The notes: a model not told the origin generated them from the letters alone. 64,000 nucleotides of DNA from Oscillospiraceae bacterium (GCA_015063325.1 SVUK01000014.1:9918-73917), one strand, 5' to 3'. Counted from the first letter of the stretch, positions 53,677 through 62,395 are shown. Numbers and translations are program-made.

Positions 53677-53822
53677 ATCCTGTTCTCCTCCTTTTTTCGT
53701 TGCTAACAGGATATGCGATTTTTTCGTTTTTGCTTTTGCTGTTGCCTTTTTTGTATTTCGATTTTTGTCTTTTTGATTTTGGTTTTTTGATACTTGGATT
53801 TTGTTTTTTTGGGAGGTGTCTT

Positions 53823-54695
53823 ATGCCCCAATTTGAAAAAAACCGCGTTCTGCCCGGAACGCTCTATCTGGTATCCACACCCATCGGCAACCTTGCCGAC
53901 CTTTCCGAGCGCGCGGTCAAAGTGCTTTCGGAGGTGGATTTTGTTGCCGCCGAGGATACGCGGAATTCGGGTCTGCTCCTCTCCCGTTTGGGGATCAGCC
54001 GACCCATGATCTCCTATTTTGAGCACAACAAGCGCGAGCGAGGCGAGGAGATTGTTGCCCGATTGCAAAACGGCGAATCCTGCGCCCTTGTCACCGACGC
54101 CGGTACCCCTGCCGTCAGCGACCCGGGGGAGGATCTTGTTGCCTTGTGCGCTTCGCGCGGCATTCGCGTCAGCGCCGTACCGGGGCCTGTCGCTTCGATC
54201 ACTGCGCTCACCCTTTCGGGGCTTCCCACCGGGCGTTTTTGTTTTGAGGGCTTTTTGCCGCCTGTCAAAGCCAAGCGCCTTGCCCGTCTTTCGGCACTTG
54301 CCAAAGAGGAGCGCACCCTTCTCTTTCATGAGGCGCCGCACAAGCTCACGCGGACGTTGGAAGACCTTGCCGCTGTGTTTGGCGGCGACCGCAAAATTGC
54401 AGTTTGCCGCGAGTTGACAAAGCTCAACGAGGAAATTTTCCGCACCACCCTTGCGCAAGCCGCCGCCTATTACAAGGCGAACGAGCCGCGCGGTGAATTC
54501 GTGCTGGTGGTTTCCGGTGCGCCGGAAAGGGAAACGCTTTCCGAAAATGACGTTTTGCCGCTTGCCGAGCAGGTTTTTGAATATGAAAAAGAGGGACTTT
54601 CGCGCAAGGACGCCATCAAACGGGTGGCGCACGAGCGGTCGCTCCCCAAAAACGAAGTCTATCAGGCTGTATTGTCGAAGGAGGATTCGGAATGA
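53823..54695 (+). CDS. rsmI: 16S rRNA (cytidine1402-2'-O)-methyltransferase RsmI
   Basis: ORF trimmed to the ATG at 53823 after GGGAGGTG. GTLYLV.TPIGNL.D.S.RA...L..VD..AAEDTR and DAGTPAVSDPG are present. Confidence 0.9.
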   Translation: MPQFEKNRVLPGTLYLVSTPIGNLADLSERAVKVLSEVDFVAAEDTRNSGLLLSRLGISRPMISYFEHNKRERGEEIVARLQNGESCALVTDAGTPAVSDPGEDLVALCASRGIRVSAVPGPVASITALTLSGLPTGRFCFEGFLPPVKAKRLARLSALAKEERTLLFHEAPHKLTRTLEDLAAVFGGDRKIAVCRELTKLNEEIFRTTLAQAAAYYKANEPRGEFVLVVSGAPERETLSENDVLPLAEQVFEYEKEGLSRKDAIKRVAHERSLPKNEVYQAVLSKEDSE

Positions 54696-55804
54696 CGGTT
54701 CAAATACGAAACGCGCGCGTCCTTTTGCCGGACGGCAGTTGGAAAGAAAATTGCCCCGTTACGCTCGAAAACGGAAAAATCCGCGCCGTTGGCGAAGAGA
54801 TTGCCGTCGACGAGACGCTGGATTTTTCAGGACTTTATCTCTTGCCCGGACTTGTGGATATGCACACCCACGGGCGCGCCGGATTTGATTTTACCTCGGC
54901 GACCGCGGAGGAAATGCGCCGCATGAAGGCGGATTATGCGCGCCACGGCGTGACGGCGGTATTTCCTACGCTCGCCTCGGCGACCAAAGAAGAATGGTTG
55001 AGCGCCATCGACCGCATCCAATCGGTCGGGTTTGACGGCATTCATTTTGAGGGGCGCTATCTCAATCCTGCGCGCCGCGGCGCGCACGCGCCCGAACTGC
55101 TCTGTCCGCTTGACGCCGACGATTTAGCGGTCTTTTTGAAAAAATGTAAGCTCCCCGTTCATCTGACCGCCGCCTTTGAGCTGGATCAAAACGGGGAATT
55201 TGCCGCGCTTGCCAAACAAAGCGGCGCAACCCTTTCGCTCGGGCATACCGACGCGACCTTTGCCGAGGCAATGCAAGCGATCGAGCGCGGCGTGACCTCG
55301 TTCACCCATCTGTTCAACGCCATGCCGCCCCTGCACCACCGTGCCGGCGGAGCGGTTGCCGCGGCGCTGACGAGCGATTGCTTTACCGAGCTGATCGTGG
55401 ACGGAATGCACGTCTCTCCCGAGATGGTCAAGCTTGTTTATCAGATCAAAGGCGCCGAAAAGTTGATTCTGATCACCGATTCGATGTCGGCAACCGGATG
55501 CGCAGACGGTAATTATGCCATTGCCGGACAACCGGTCGTGGTGAAGAATGGGCGCGCCGAAACGCCGGACGGCAAGCTTGCCGGAAGCACCTTGAATCTT
55601 TGGGACGCGGTGAAAAATCTGACGGTTTTCGCAGGAGCGTCGCTTTCCGACGCGGTTCTTTGCGCCACACGTAACCCGGCGAGGGCGCTCGGAATTTCCG
55701 AGCGCGTTGGCGCGATCGCGCCCGGTCGGCGAGCCGACCTCCTCGCCGTAACGCCGGACCTGACCATCCGCGCAGTCTACGCGGAAGGGAAAAACGTCGA
55801 TTGA
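54692..55804 (+). CDS. nagA: N-acetylglucosamine-6-phosphate deacetylase
   Basis: PGLVDMHTHG, LGHTDAT and THLFNAM. The start overlaps the rsmI stop (ATGA). Confidence 0.9.
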   Translation: MTVQIRNARVLLPDGSWKENCPVTLENGKIRAVGEEIAVDETLDFSGLYLLPGLVDMHTHGRAGFDFTSATAEEMRRMKADYARHGVTAVFPTLASATKEEWLSAIDRIQSVGFDGIHFEGRYLNPARRGAHAPELLCPLDADDLAVFLKKCKLPVHLTAAFELDQNGEFAALAKQSGATLSLGHTDATFAEAMQAIERGVTSFTHLFNAMPPLHHRAGGAVAAALTSDCFTELIVDGMHVSPEMVKLVYQIKGAEKLILITDSMSATGCADGNYAIAGQPVVVKNGRAETPDGKLAGSTLNLWDAVKNLTVFAGASLSDAVLCATRNPARALGISERVGAIAPGRRADLLAVTPDLTIRAVYAEGKNVD

Positions 55805-55821
55805 CCAGATGAAAATTTATA

Positions 55822-55857
55822 CGGGAGAGAAGATAATTCTTCTCTCCCGCTTATTTT
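55822..55857 (+). terminator. Intrinsic terminator after nagA
   Basis: CGGGAGAGAAG-ATAATT-CTTCTCTCCCG followed by CTTATTTT. Confidence 0.8.
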
Positions 55858-55884
55858 AAAGACGATTTTATTTATTTTAATTTT

Positions 55885-55917
55885 ACAAAAAGCGAGGCAC
55901 CGAATTTTCGGTGCCTC
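55885..55917 (-). terminator. Intrinsic terminator of the VWA lipoprotein gene
   Basis: Stem GAGGCACCGAA-TT-TTCGGTGCCTC (55894-55917). On the minus strand it is followed by GCTTTTTGT. Confidence 0.8.
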
Positions 55918-55950
55918 AGGTTGTGTTATTTTGCTGTTTTTAGTCAATTT

Positions 55951-58209
55951 TTAGGGATGCGAGTTCGGATCGGTCGGGTCGGAAATCAGCTCTGCGGTAA
56001 TCATAATGGTTTGTGGATTCAAAACGTCATCGTACAAATAAACCATTTTAATCTCTTCGCCGTCACATGCGCCGTCGTTATCGCTATCCTTTTTGTTTTT
56101 GCTGAGCGAATACTGTTTTTTGAAATTAAAACCAGCAAAAAGCGTTTCGTAATTGTCTTCATAGTAGTCAACAATTCCGTCGCCGTCGGTATCGGTTGCC
56201 AGGTCAATCTGATTGCCGATGTTATCAAATACATCCCAAAGATTATCGGCTATCTTCGCAAACTGATATGATCCTCCAGTTCGTTCAGCCAACGGTTTCA
56301 AATAATTTGTAAAATAGCTCGAGGAGGCAGAAGTTCCAAGTCCAACGGTAAATGTCGTAATGTCTTTATTGTTCAATTGCGAAATAACGGTATTCAGCAT
56401 TGAAGTGTCCGTTGTATCACCATCTGACAAAACAATCATAATTTTGAGTGCAGACGAGTCGCTGGAAAACAGCGAAAGGGCGTTCTGAACTGCGGTAAAC
56501 ATTTTTGTTCCACCGCTGGAACGGAAATATGTGGTTGTAAACAGATTTTTAACAGTATCTTTATTTGTTGTTAAAGTGCTTGTTAAATTGGATGAAGAGC
56601 TTTCAAATCTGACAACTCCGAATTTGATATTGGTTCCATCACCAAGTCTGTCAACAATATTCCGGGCAACCTGAAGTCGGATGTTAGAAGAGTCGTTCCA
56701 GTCCATACTGCCTGAGTCATCAATTACAAATACAATTTCGGCGGTTTTATAGGAAACGGTTCCTTTGCGCCAAACATCCTGAAATTTGTTTTTGGCTTTG
56801 AATTCTCTGTGGTCAATCAAAATATAGGTAGAGAAGTGCTCGACTTCGGCACTGGCAACGTTGCCGCTGATGGTGGTGTTCAGCTCGTAAATGTGTTTTG
56901 CACCATTCTCTTCTTTTACATAGGCAACAACGGGTTCAAAATCAGGATTGTTCAGCAGGCTGGCATCAAATTCAAAGCCGATGGTTGCGCTGGTAAAGCT
57001 TCCGGACACGCTGAAATCGTAAGCATTTCCAAGCGTTCCGTCCATTTGATCCAGTGCCGCATCCGTTACAGGTTGAATGCTCAAGCTTTCCGCCTGCTCG
57101 CCGGTCAAACCGTCAATTTGTACAGCCGGTTTTACAGTGTCGCCGGTATCAATTTGAATGTTTACATTGAACGAAGTGTTTGCATAGCGCGGATCAAATC
57201 CATTCGCAACCTCCCAACCGTCGCTTGCACCATCGCCGTCGGTGTCCGGGTCAAGCGGATCAGTCCAATAGGTATTGACTTCTGCGCCGTCTTTGAGTCC
57301 GTCACCATCGGTATCCGGCTTTGTGGGATCGGTCAAATTGACAATTTCAGTAGCGTTGTTTAAACCGTCGTTGTCATAATCTTCTTTTCCATCGGGAATC
57401 CCGTCGCGGTCTGTGTCGGAATTCTGATAATTCAATCCAAGCAAACCTTCGTAGTAATCCGGAACTCCGTCTCCATCGGTATCGGTGCTATAATCGATTT
57501 GATAGATACCAAGAACGGTAATATCGGCATGAACACTTTGGAAAGGTGCGTTCCATGTCAGGAATTTGAAGCCGGGCATAAAGCGCTCGCTTGCAGTGGG
57601 CTCGGGAGAAGCATCTCCGTCATAAACGGTATAAGATTTGATCAGTTGGTTGTTGCCGTTCAGGAAGGTAACCGTCCAGGTTTTCTGGTAAATACCGTGA
57701 ACGACAGTGTCTTTTTGAATGTTATCAAACGACTTATCCCAGCCGATCCATTCGTATCCGGGAACATATCTTTCTGCCGGAGTGGGTTCAACGGCGGCGT
57801 TGCCGCTTCTTACCTGTTGCTCGGAAATAAGATGTGTGCTATCTTCGGCAATAGAATAGAACAATACATTATAGAAAGGATAATCCTGAACATTCAGAAT
57901 GAATTCTAAAATTTGTCCGTTAAATAAAAAGCCAATTTTGCTTTTGCCGGGGGAGTTTACCAAAGCCTTTTGATCTGTGTCCAGCATATCATAAGTCAAT
58001 GGAATTGTGTCGGTTGTTTTGTCAGAATATGTAATTAAAATTTTAATATTTGCCTGATCAAATTCTCCGACATAGATTACTTTTGGAACATTGATAACTT
58101 CAATTTTTTCAATTTCTTTGCTTGGTAAGCCGGCAAAGTTACATGCCGCGAAAGCAAATACCATTAAAATAATGAGTGAGATGAGTAGTAGGGCTTTTGT
58201 TTTTTTCAT
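55951..58209 (-). CDS. Large surface lipoprotein: two InlB-B/Flg_new-type repeats, thrombospondin type-3 Ca-binding repeats, VWA domain
   Basis: Signal peptide plus lipobox-like FAFAAC. Repeats ending ..HGIYQ and ..LGIYQ. Many DTDGDG.PD / DSDNDG motifs. VWA MIDAS motif VIDDSGSMD with LSDGDT. Confidence 0.85.
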   Translation of the reverse strand: MKKTKALLLISLIILMVFAFAACNFAGLPSKEIEKIEVINVPKVIYVGEFDQANIKILITYSDKTTDTIPLTYDMLDTDQKALVNSPGKSKIGFLFNGQILEFILNVQDYPFYNVLFYSIAEDSTHLISEQQVRSGNAAVEPTPAERYVPGYEWIGWDKSFDNIQKDTVVHGIYQKTWTVTFLNGNNQLIKSYTVYDGDASPEPTASERFMPGFKFLTWNAPFQSVHADITVLGIYQIDYSTDTDGDGVPDYYEGLLGLNYQNSDTDRDGIPDGKEDYDNDGLNNATEIVNLTDPTKPDTDGDGLKDGAEVNTYWTDPLDPDTDGDGASDGWEVANGFDPRYANTSFNVNIQIDTGDTVKPAVQIDGLTGEQAESLSIQPVTDAALDQMDGTLGNAYDFSVSGSFTSATIGFEFDASLLNNPDFEPVVAYVKEENGAKHIYELNTTISGNVASAEVEHFSTYILIDHREFKAKNKFQDVWRKGTVSYKTAEIVFVIDDSGSMDWNDSSNIRLQVARNIVDRLGDGTNIKFGVVRFESSSSNLTSTLTTNKDTVKNLFTTTYFRSSGGTKMFTAVQNALSLFSSDSSALKIMIVLSDGDTTDTSMLNTVISQLNNKDITTFTVGLGTSASSSYFTNYLKPLAERTGGSYQFAKIADNLWDVFDNIGNQIDLATDTDGDGIVDYYEDNYETLFAGFNFKKQYSLSKNKKDSDNDGACDGEEIKMVYLYDDVLNPQTIMITAELISDPTDPNSHP

Positions 58210-58235
58210 TTTTTTCTCCTTTATGCGTTGTTTTT

Positions 58236-58321
58236 ATAATTCCGTTTTGGAATTATTTATATTATAATTCTGTTTTAGAATTTTGTCAAGGGGTTTTGGA
58301 TATATAATTCTAAAAAAGAAT
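58236..58321. promoter_or_regulatory. Three AATTC-N7-GAATT type palindromes between the VWA gene and the XRE gene
   Basis: ATAATTCCGTTTTGGAATTAT (58236-58256), ATAATTCTGTTTTAGAATT (58264-58282) and ATAATTCTAAAAAAGAAT (58304-58321). Confidence 0.6.
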
Positions 58322-58338
58322 AAAAAAGGGAATCTCTT

Positions 58339-58587
58339 ATGAAAATTCGCAAGCAGGAATACGGAACCGCCAATTTGATTGGTAGAAACGTGGAGCGGCT
58401 TCGCAAAAAACAGGGGATTAAACAAAAGGATTTTATTGCAAAAATGCAGGTTTTCGGTTGTGATATTAACCCCACCAGCTATTCCAAATTGGAAGGGCAG
58501 GTTCGGAGTGCGACTGACAGGGAAATTTATGTGATTGCAAAGATTTTGAAAGTCTCCATGGAATCGCTTTTTGAAGATTTTAATTGA
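58339..58587 (+). CDS. XRE family transcriptional regulator
   Basis: 82 aa. IGRNVERLRKKQGIKQKDFIAKMQ...SYSKLEG is a Cro/C1 HTH. Confidence 0.8.
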   Translation: MKIRKQEYGTANLIGRNVERLRKKQGIKQKDFIAKMQVFGCDINPTSYSKLEGQVRSATDREIYVIAKILKVSMESLFEDFN

Positions 58588-58637
58588 TTTTTCTTATTAA
58601 GCCTCCGCCGCGCCAACCCACCGAATGGTGGGTTTAG

Positions 58638-58677
58638 AAAAAACGGGCGCCGCACAAAATGTGCGGCGCCCGTTTTT
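58638..58677. terminator. Bidirectional intrinsic terminator
   Basis: AAAAAA-CGGGCGCCGCAC-AAAAT-GTGCGGCGCCCG-TTTTT. Confidence 0.85.
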
Positions 58678-58724
58678 GTGCTGTGACATTTTGTCACAGC
58701 CGGCGCGGCGGAGATATTTGTTTT

Positions 58725-59291
58725 TTATTTTGAAAACTTCAGCAGCAGGGCGTTAACGCTCTCATCCAGGAGCATACAGTACTTGGAAAAGCTCTCGCCG
58801 GAGGATTGCGGCATACCCGATTCCAGCCAGCGGAAAAAGAGCGCCGCGGCGCTGTAGGCGTAAAAGGAGATGAGAATGTCGGCGTCCTCTTTCGAAACCA
58901 AATTGTAGTTCTCGTAGGATTCGATCTTGCGGCGCAGGAGCGGTTCGGAAGCGTCGCGAAAGGCAATCTCGTAGCGAATGCGATTAGCGGCGTTGTAGGC
59001 GTGGCGCACGAGCTTGCTGTGCTCCTGGCAATAACCGAACAGGGAATATAGGTAATCGCTCATGTTTTTGGGAATGATCTTTTCGGCGTGGTAGTAGGCG
59101 GTAATGTCTTTTTGCACCATCCAGAAAAGAAGATCGTAAATATCTTGAAAATGGTAGTAAAATGTTTGACGGTTCAATCCGCAGTCGGCACAAACATCCT
59201 TGACGGAAATTTGCACAATGGAGCGATCCTGCAGGAGCTTTGCAAGTGACGCGGCAATTGCCTGTTTGGTAAGATCGTTCATAAAAGTCAT
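58725..59291 (-). CDS. TetR/AcrR family transcriptional regulator (DhaS-like C-terminal domain)
   Basis: ISVKDVCADCGLNRQTFYYHFQDIYDL is the TetR HTH. Confidence 0.85.
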   Translation of the reverse strand: MTFMNDLTKQAIAASLAKLLQDRSIVQISVKDVCADCGLNRQTFYYHFQDIYDLLFWMVQKDITAYYHAEKIIPKNMSDYLYSLFGYCQEHSKLVRHAYNAANRIRYEIAFRDASEPLLRRKIESYENYNLVSKEDADILISFYAYSAAALFFRWLESGMPQSSGESFSKYCMLLDESVNALLLKFSK

Positions 59292-59355
59292 ACCATCCTT
59301 TTGAAAACTTCATTTTCAGTATAACGAATCCAAATGATTTTGTCAAGTATTATTT

Positions 59356-59370
59356 TTTGTCACTGACAAA
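59356..59370. promoter_or_regulatory. Candidate TetR operator
   Basis: Palindrome TTTGTCACTGACAAA between the divergent TetR and flavodoxin genes. Extra TTTGTCA / TGACAAA half-sites lie nearby. Confidence 0.5.
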
Positions 59371-59464
59371 AAGAAAGACAATGACAAAAAAGCGAAAAAA
59401 CACTTTACAGAACGCGCGGAATGTGGTAAACTATTCTTATCCGAGAGGGAAGGGGGGGCTCCAA

Positions 59465-59998
59465 ATGGCAAGAATTGTGATACTGTACGAGAGCGCAAAC
59501 GGTTTTACGAAAAGCTGCGTGGAGCGGCTCGCGCGCGAGATGAACTATACCGAATGTACGATTTGTGATTTGGGAAAAGAGGAACCGCAGCTGCAGCAGG
59601 GCGACGTTCTCATTGTCGGATCCCCGGTGCGCCGGGGAAAACTGATGAAAAAAACGGCGGCGTTTTTAAAGACGATTGAAAACAGGAACGCATACTCTGT
59701 CGGCGTTTTTCTATGCTGCGGATTTGCCGATCGGTTTGAGGAATATCGCGACCGACTGATTTCGAAAGCGATTCGGGAAAGGGCATTTTGTATTATCAAT
59801 TTTGGGGGGACGCTGAACCCGAAGGGCAAACCGTTTTGGGACAAACTTTGGCTGTTCCATGCAAGATCGCAGGTAGTGGAAAGCGAGATTGAGGACGGCG
59901 AATTTACACCGGTTTTGCCGGGCATGATTCCGGAAAATATCGGACAAATGGCAACCTTTGCAAAAAAGGAACTGCTTGCTCGAAGCGAAAGCAGATAG
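59465..59998 (+). CDS. Flavodoxin-like domain protein
   Basis: ORF trimmed to the ATG at 59465 (MARIVILYESANGFTK). The pattern is typical of flavodoxin-domain proteins. Confidence 0.7.
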   Translation: MARIVILYESANGFTKSCVERLAREMNYTECTICDLGKEEPQLQQGDVLIVGSPVRRGKLMKKTAAFLKTIENRNAYSVGVFLCCGFADRFEEYRDRLISKAIRERAFCIINFGGTLNPKGKPFWDKLWLFHARSQVVESEIEDGEFTPVLPGMIPENIGQMATFAKKELLARSESR

Positions 59999-60066
59999 GT
60001 GCAAAATGCACAAAAGAAAGGAAAAACAGCTCGTTCCATTCTGCTATTTTGACGAAAACGGAAATC

Positions 60067-60095
60067 TTGACAAATGAAGGGAATTGTGATATAAT
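60067..60095 (+). promoter_or_regulatory. Promoter of tRNA-Lys
   Basis: TTGACA at 60067-60072, a 17-nt spacer containing TG, and TATAAT at 60090-60095. Confidence 0.7.
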
Positions 60096-60117
60096 ATTTA
60101 GGCGTTCAAAAAAGGAC

Positions 60118-60193
60118 GACCCATTAGCTCAGTAGGTAGAGCACATGACTTTTAATCATGGTGTCCGGAGTTCGACTCTCCGATGGGTCACCA
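60118..60193 (+). tRNA. tRNA-Lys (anticodon UUU), CCA encoded
   Basis: GACCCAT-TA-GCTC-AGTAGGTA-GAGC-A-CATGA-CTTTTAA-TCATG-GTGTC-CGGAG-TTCGACT-CTCCG-ATGGGTC-A-CCA folds as a cloverleaf with a 7-bp acceptor stem and a TTCGA T-loop. Confidence 0.9.
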
Positions 60194-61749
60194 ATCTTTA
60201 ACAAATCCGAACACTCCTGTTCGGGTTTGTTTTTTTGTGCTTCAAATTCCTTCGCAACGCCTGATTTCTCAATGTCTTCAAGCGAAATCTCCTCGCTCCC
60301 GTCCTTGTAATTGCAGGTGACGACAGCATAGCCGTCGTAGAGGAATACCTTGTGCAAAAATCCGTCGATGAGCGCCCGTCTTCCTTGTGGGGTATCGAAG
60401 TTGAGACCGCGGTATTTCCTCAGTCCGTATAGGATTTGCTCTTCTGTCAGAACCGGACTTTTGAGCTCTGCTTCGGACAGTTCCAGCGTCAGGCGATCCT
60501 GCTCTTGTTCGAGTTTTTCCAGTCGGCTTTTCGTCGTTTTCAGAATGATTCCGCTTTCAATGGCAACAAGAATCTGCTCGATCTTTTCTTCCACGTCGGA
60601 AAGCTGTTGCTTCAATGCTGGAATGATCCGGTCTTCCTGTAATTGCAGTTCATACAACTCTTTTGAAGGCCGCTTCATTTGCCTGTCATTCATCACCTTT
60701 TCGATGAGTGCTTTGACAATGGCGTTCTCAATCAGATCTTTCCCGATTGCCTTCTTGTCGCATTTGCGCCCGTGCTTCGCCCTGGCGCATTTGTAATAGT
60801 GATAGACCTTCCCGGTTTTGCTCGCTCCGCTCTCTCCGATCATCATGGCGCCGCATTTGCCGCAAAACAGTTTGGTTGTCAGCAGATATTCCTCCTCTGC
60901 CTTGTGCGCGGCAGGGGCTTTTTTGTTAATATCCAATCGCTTTTGCACTCTGTCAAACAGCTCCTTTTCAATGATTTGCGGAATCGCGCCTTCCACGATG
61001 TGCCCATTGAAACGATATTCGCCGAGATATTTGCGATTGACCAGCATATGCCGGAGCGAATTGTAAGTCAGCGGCACTTCCTTCGGCTTCGACCGTCCGC
61101 GCTTTCCTTTGATCGCAATTCCGACGCCGCATGCGTTCATATCACTCAGGATTGTTTTCATCGGCTCGCCGTCGGCAAAACGCTGAAAGATCTCCTTGAC
61201 AAAGGGCGCTTTCTTCTCGTCGAGTTGCAGATGCTGTTCCTCGTCAACGTAGTAACCGATCGGCGTAACTGAACCGTTGCTCATGCATTTTTTCGCATTA
61301 TCTTCCATTCCACGATTGACCTTTTCGGCAAGTTCTACCGAGTAGTATTCGGCGTACCCTTCCAGAAGCGATTCCAACAAAATTCCGTCCGATCCTTCCG
61401 AGATCGTCTCTTTTGCCGAAATCACCTTGACGCCGTTTTTCTTCAAAAGACCTTTGTAATGAGCGGAATCGTAACGGTTCCGCGCAAAGCGGTCGAGTTT
61501 CCAGACGATGATCAGATTGAAAACGCCTTTTGCGCTGTCGTTGATCATCTTCAGGAACGCGGGGCGATTGTCGGTTTTGGCGGATAATGCACGATCTATG
61601 TAAGTGCCGATGATGGTGATATCGTGAAATTCGGCATATTCCGAACACTCGCGAATTTGCCCTTCGATCGACTCTTCCCGCTGGTTGTCCGAACTGTATC
61701 TGGCGTAGATAACTGCTTTCAGTTGCTTCTTTTCTTCTGTCTTTCCCAT
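60124..61749 (-). CDS. Large serine recombinase (resolvase/invertase N-domain, recombinase domain, zinc ribbon, coiled coil)
   Basis: ATG at 61749 follows AAGGAGAA. AVIYARYSSDNQ carries the catalytic Ser. DRFARN, CGKCG...YYKC (zinc ribbon) and a long coiled coil are present. The first in-frame stop is at 60124, inside the tRNA-Lys gene. Confidence 0.9.
   Translation of the reverse strand: MGKTEEKKQLKAVIYARYSSDNQREESIEGQIRECSEYAEFHDITIIGTYIDRALSAKTDNRPAFLKMINDSAKGVFNLIIVWKLDRFARNRYDSAHYKGLLKKNGVKVISAKETISEGSDGILLESLLEGYAEYYSVELAEKVNRGMEDNAKKCMSNGSVTPIGYYVDEEQHLQLDEKKAPFVKEIFQRFADGEPMKTILSDMNACGVGIAIKGKRGRSKPKEVPLTYNSLRHMLVNRKYLGEYRFNGHIVEGAIPQIIEKELFDRVQKRLDINKKAPAAHKAEEEYLLTTKLFCGKCGAMMIGESGASKTGKVYHYYKCARAKHGRKCDKKAIGKDLIENAIVKALIEKVMNDRQMKRPSKELYELQLQEDRIIPALKQQLSDVEEKIEQILVAIESGIILKTTKSRLEKLEQEQDRLTLELSEAELKSPVLTEEQILYGLRKYRGLNFDTPQGRRALIDGFLHKVFLYDGYAVVTCNYKDGSEEISLEDIEKSGVAKEFEAQKNKPEQECSDLLKIGDPSESRTPDTMIKSHVLYLLS
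60207..60236 (+). terminator. Terminator of tRNA-Lys
   Basis: CCGAACA-CTCC-TGTTCGG followed by GTTTGTTTTTTT. Confidence 0.75.
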
Positions 61750-61835
61750 TTGTTCTCCTTTTTTCAGAAATGCCGTTTTTTCGGTTGGGGAAAACGGCAA
61801 AACCCGATCCGCCTGCGGCGGTTGCCTCAATGCGC

Positions 61836-62015
61836 TCATTGAGGTTTCTTTTTATGTTCTTTGTTATTTGATTGCGATCTCTGCCATTCTTCAAAATCTT
61901 GCCGAATTTCTTCGCGCTCAAACATTGCTTGAATGGTTGGCAGAATGGCTCGTGCTAAAGATTGGATTTCAAAATCCGGTATTTCGTCTGGTTTTTGCTT
62001 TGGTTTTCTCGGCAT
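61836..62015 (-). CDS. Possible small ORF (59 aa, below the ORF-track cutoff)
   Basis: MPRKPKQKPDEIPDFEIQSLARAILPTIQAMFEREEIRQDFEEWQRSQSNNKEHKKKPQ. The RBS-like AAGGAGAG is rather far (about 18 nt) from the ATG. Confidence 0.3.
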   Translation of the reverse strand: MPRKPKQKPDEIPDFEIQSLARAILPTIQAMFEREEIRQDFEEWQRSQSNNKEHKKKPQ

Positions 62016-62098
62016 TCAGTCCTATAAAAATCTCTCCTTTCCTTTGGGACGGCGGGGAACCCCGTATTCTTTCCCGTTCCCACAAGGAAACCGTAGCG

Positions 62099-62395
62099 TC
62101 AGGTCTGATCCTCTTTCTTTTTCTTGAACGCTTCGAGTTCGTCGTAGAAGAAATCATCATACTTGTCCATAATCTTTGCCAACGACAGATCCTTCTGTGC
62201 GGCTTCATCCAGCAGGGCTTCATACCCGGCTTTGATGAGCTGGACTTTGGTATAACCGCTTTTTTTGAGGAACTCGTTGATCTCTTCTCCGAGCGGTCGC
62301 TCGATACTCGTTCCCCAGATCATACACTTCGCTTTTCGTTCTTCCTTGTGTCTATCCTCATATCTCTTGTCCTTCGACACTTTTTTCTCCGGCAT
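62099..62395 (-). CDS. Small basic/acidic protein, possible relaxosome accessory or DNA-binding protein
   Basis: ORF trimmed to the ATG at 62395 after GAAGGAGGA (MPEKKVSKDKRYEDRHKEERKAK...). It lies between the relaxase and the recombinase. I recognise no motif. Confidence 0.55.
   Translation of the reverse strand: MPEKKVSKDKRYEDRHKEERKAKCMIWGTSIERPLGEEINEFLKKSGYTKVQLIKAGYEALLDEAAQKDLSLAKIMDKYDDFFYDELEAFKKKKEDQT

Noticed and set aside
61750-61839. The 30-codon N-terminal extension of the serine recombinase given by the ORF track (MSALRQPPQADRV...).
   Set aside because: The ATG at 61749 has AAGGAGAA at correct spacing, and the catalytic domain starts right after it (KAVIYARYSSDNQ). The extension has no RBS.
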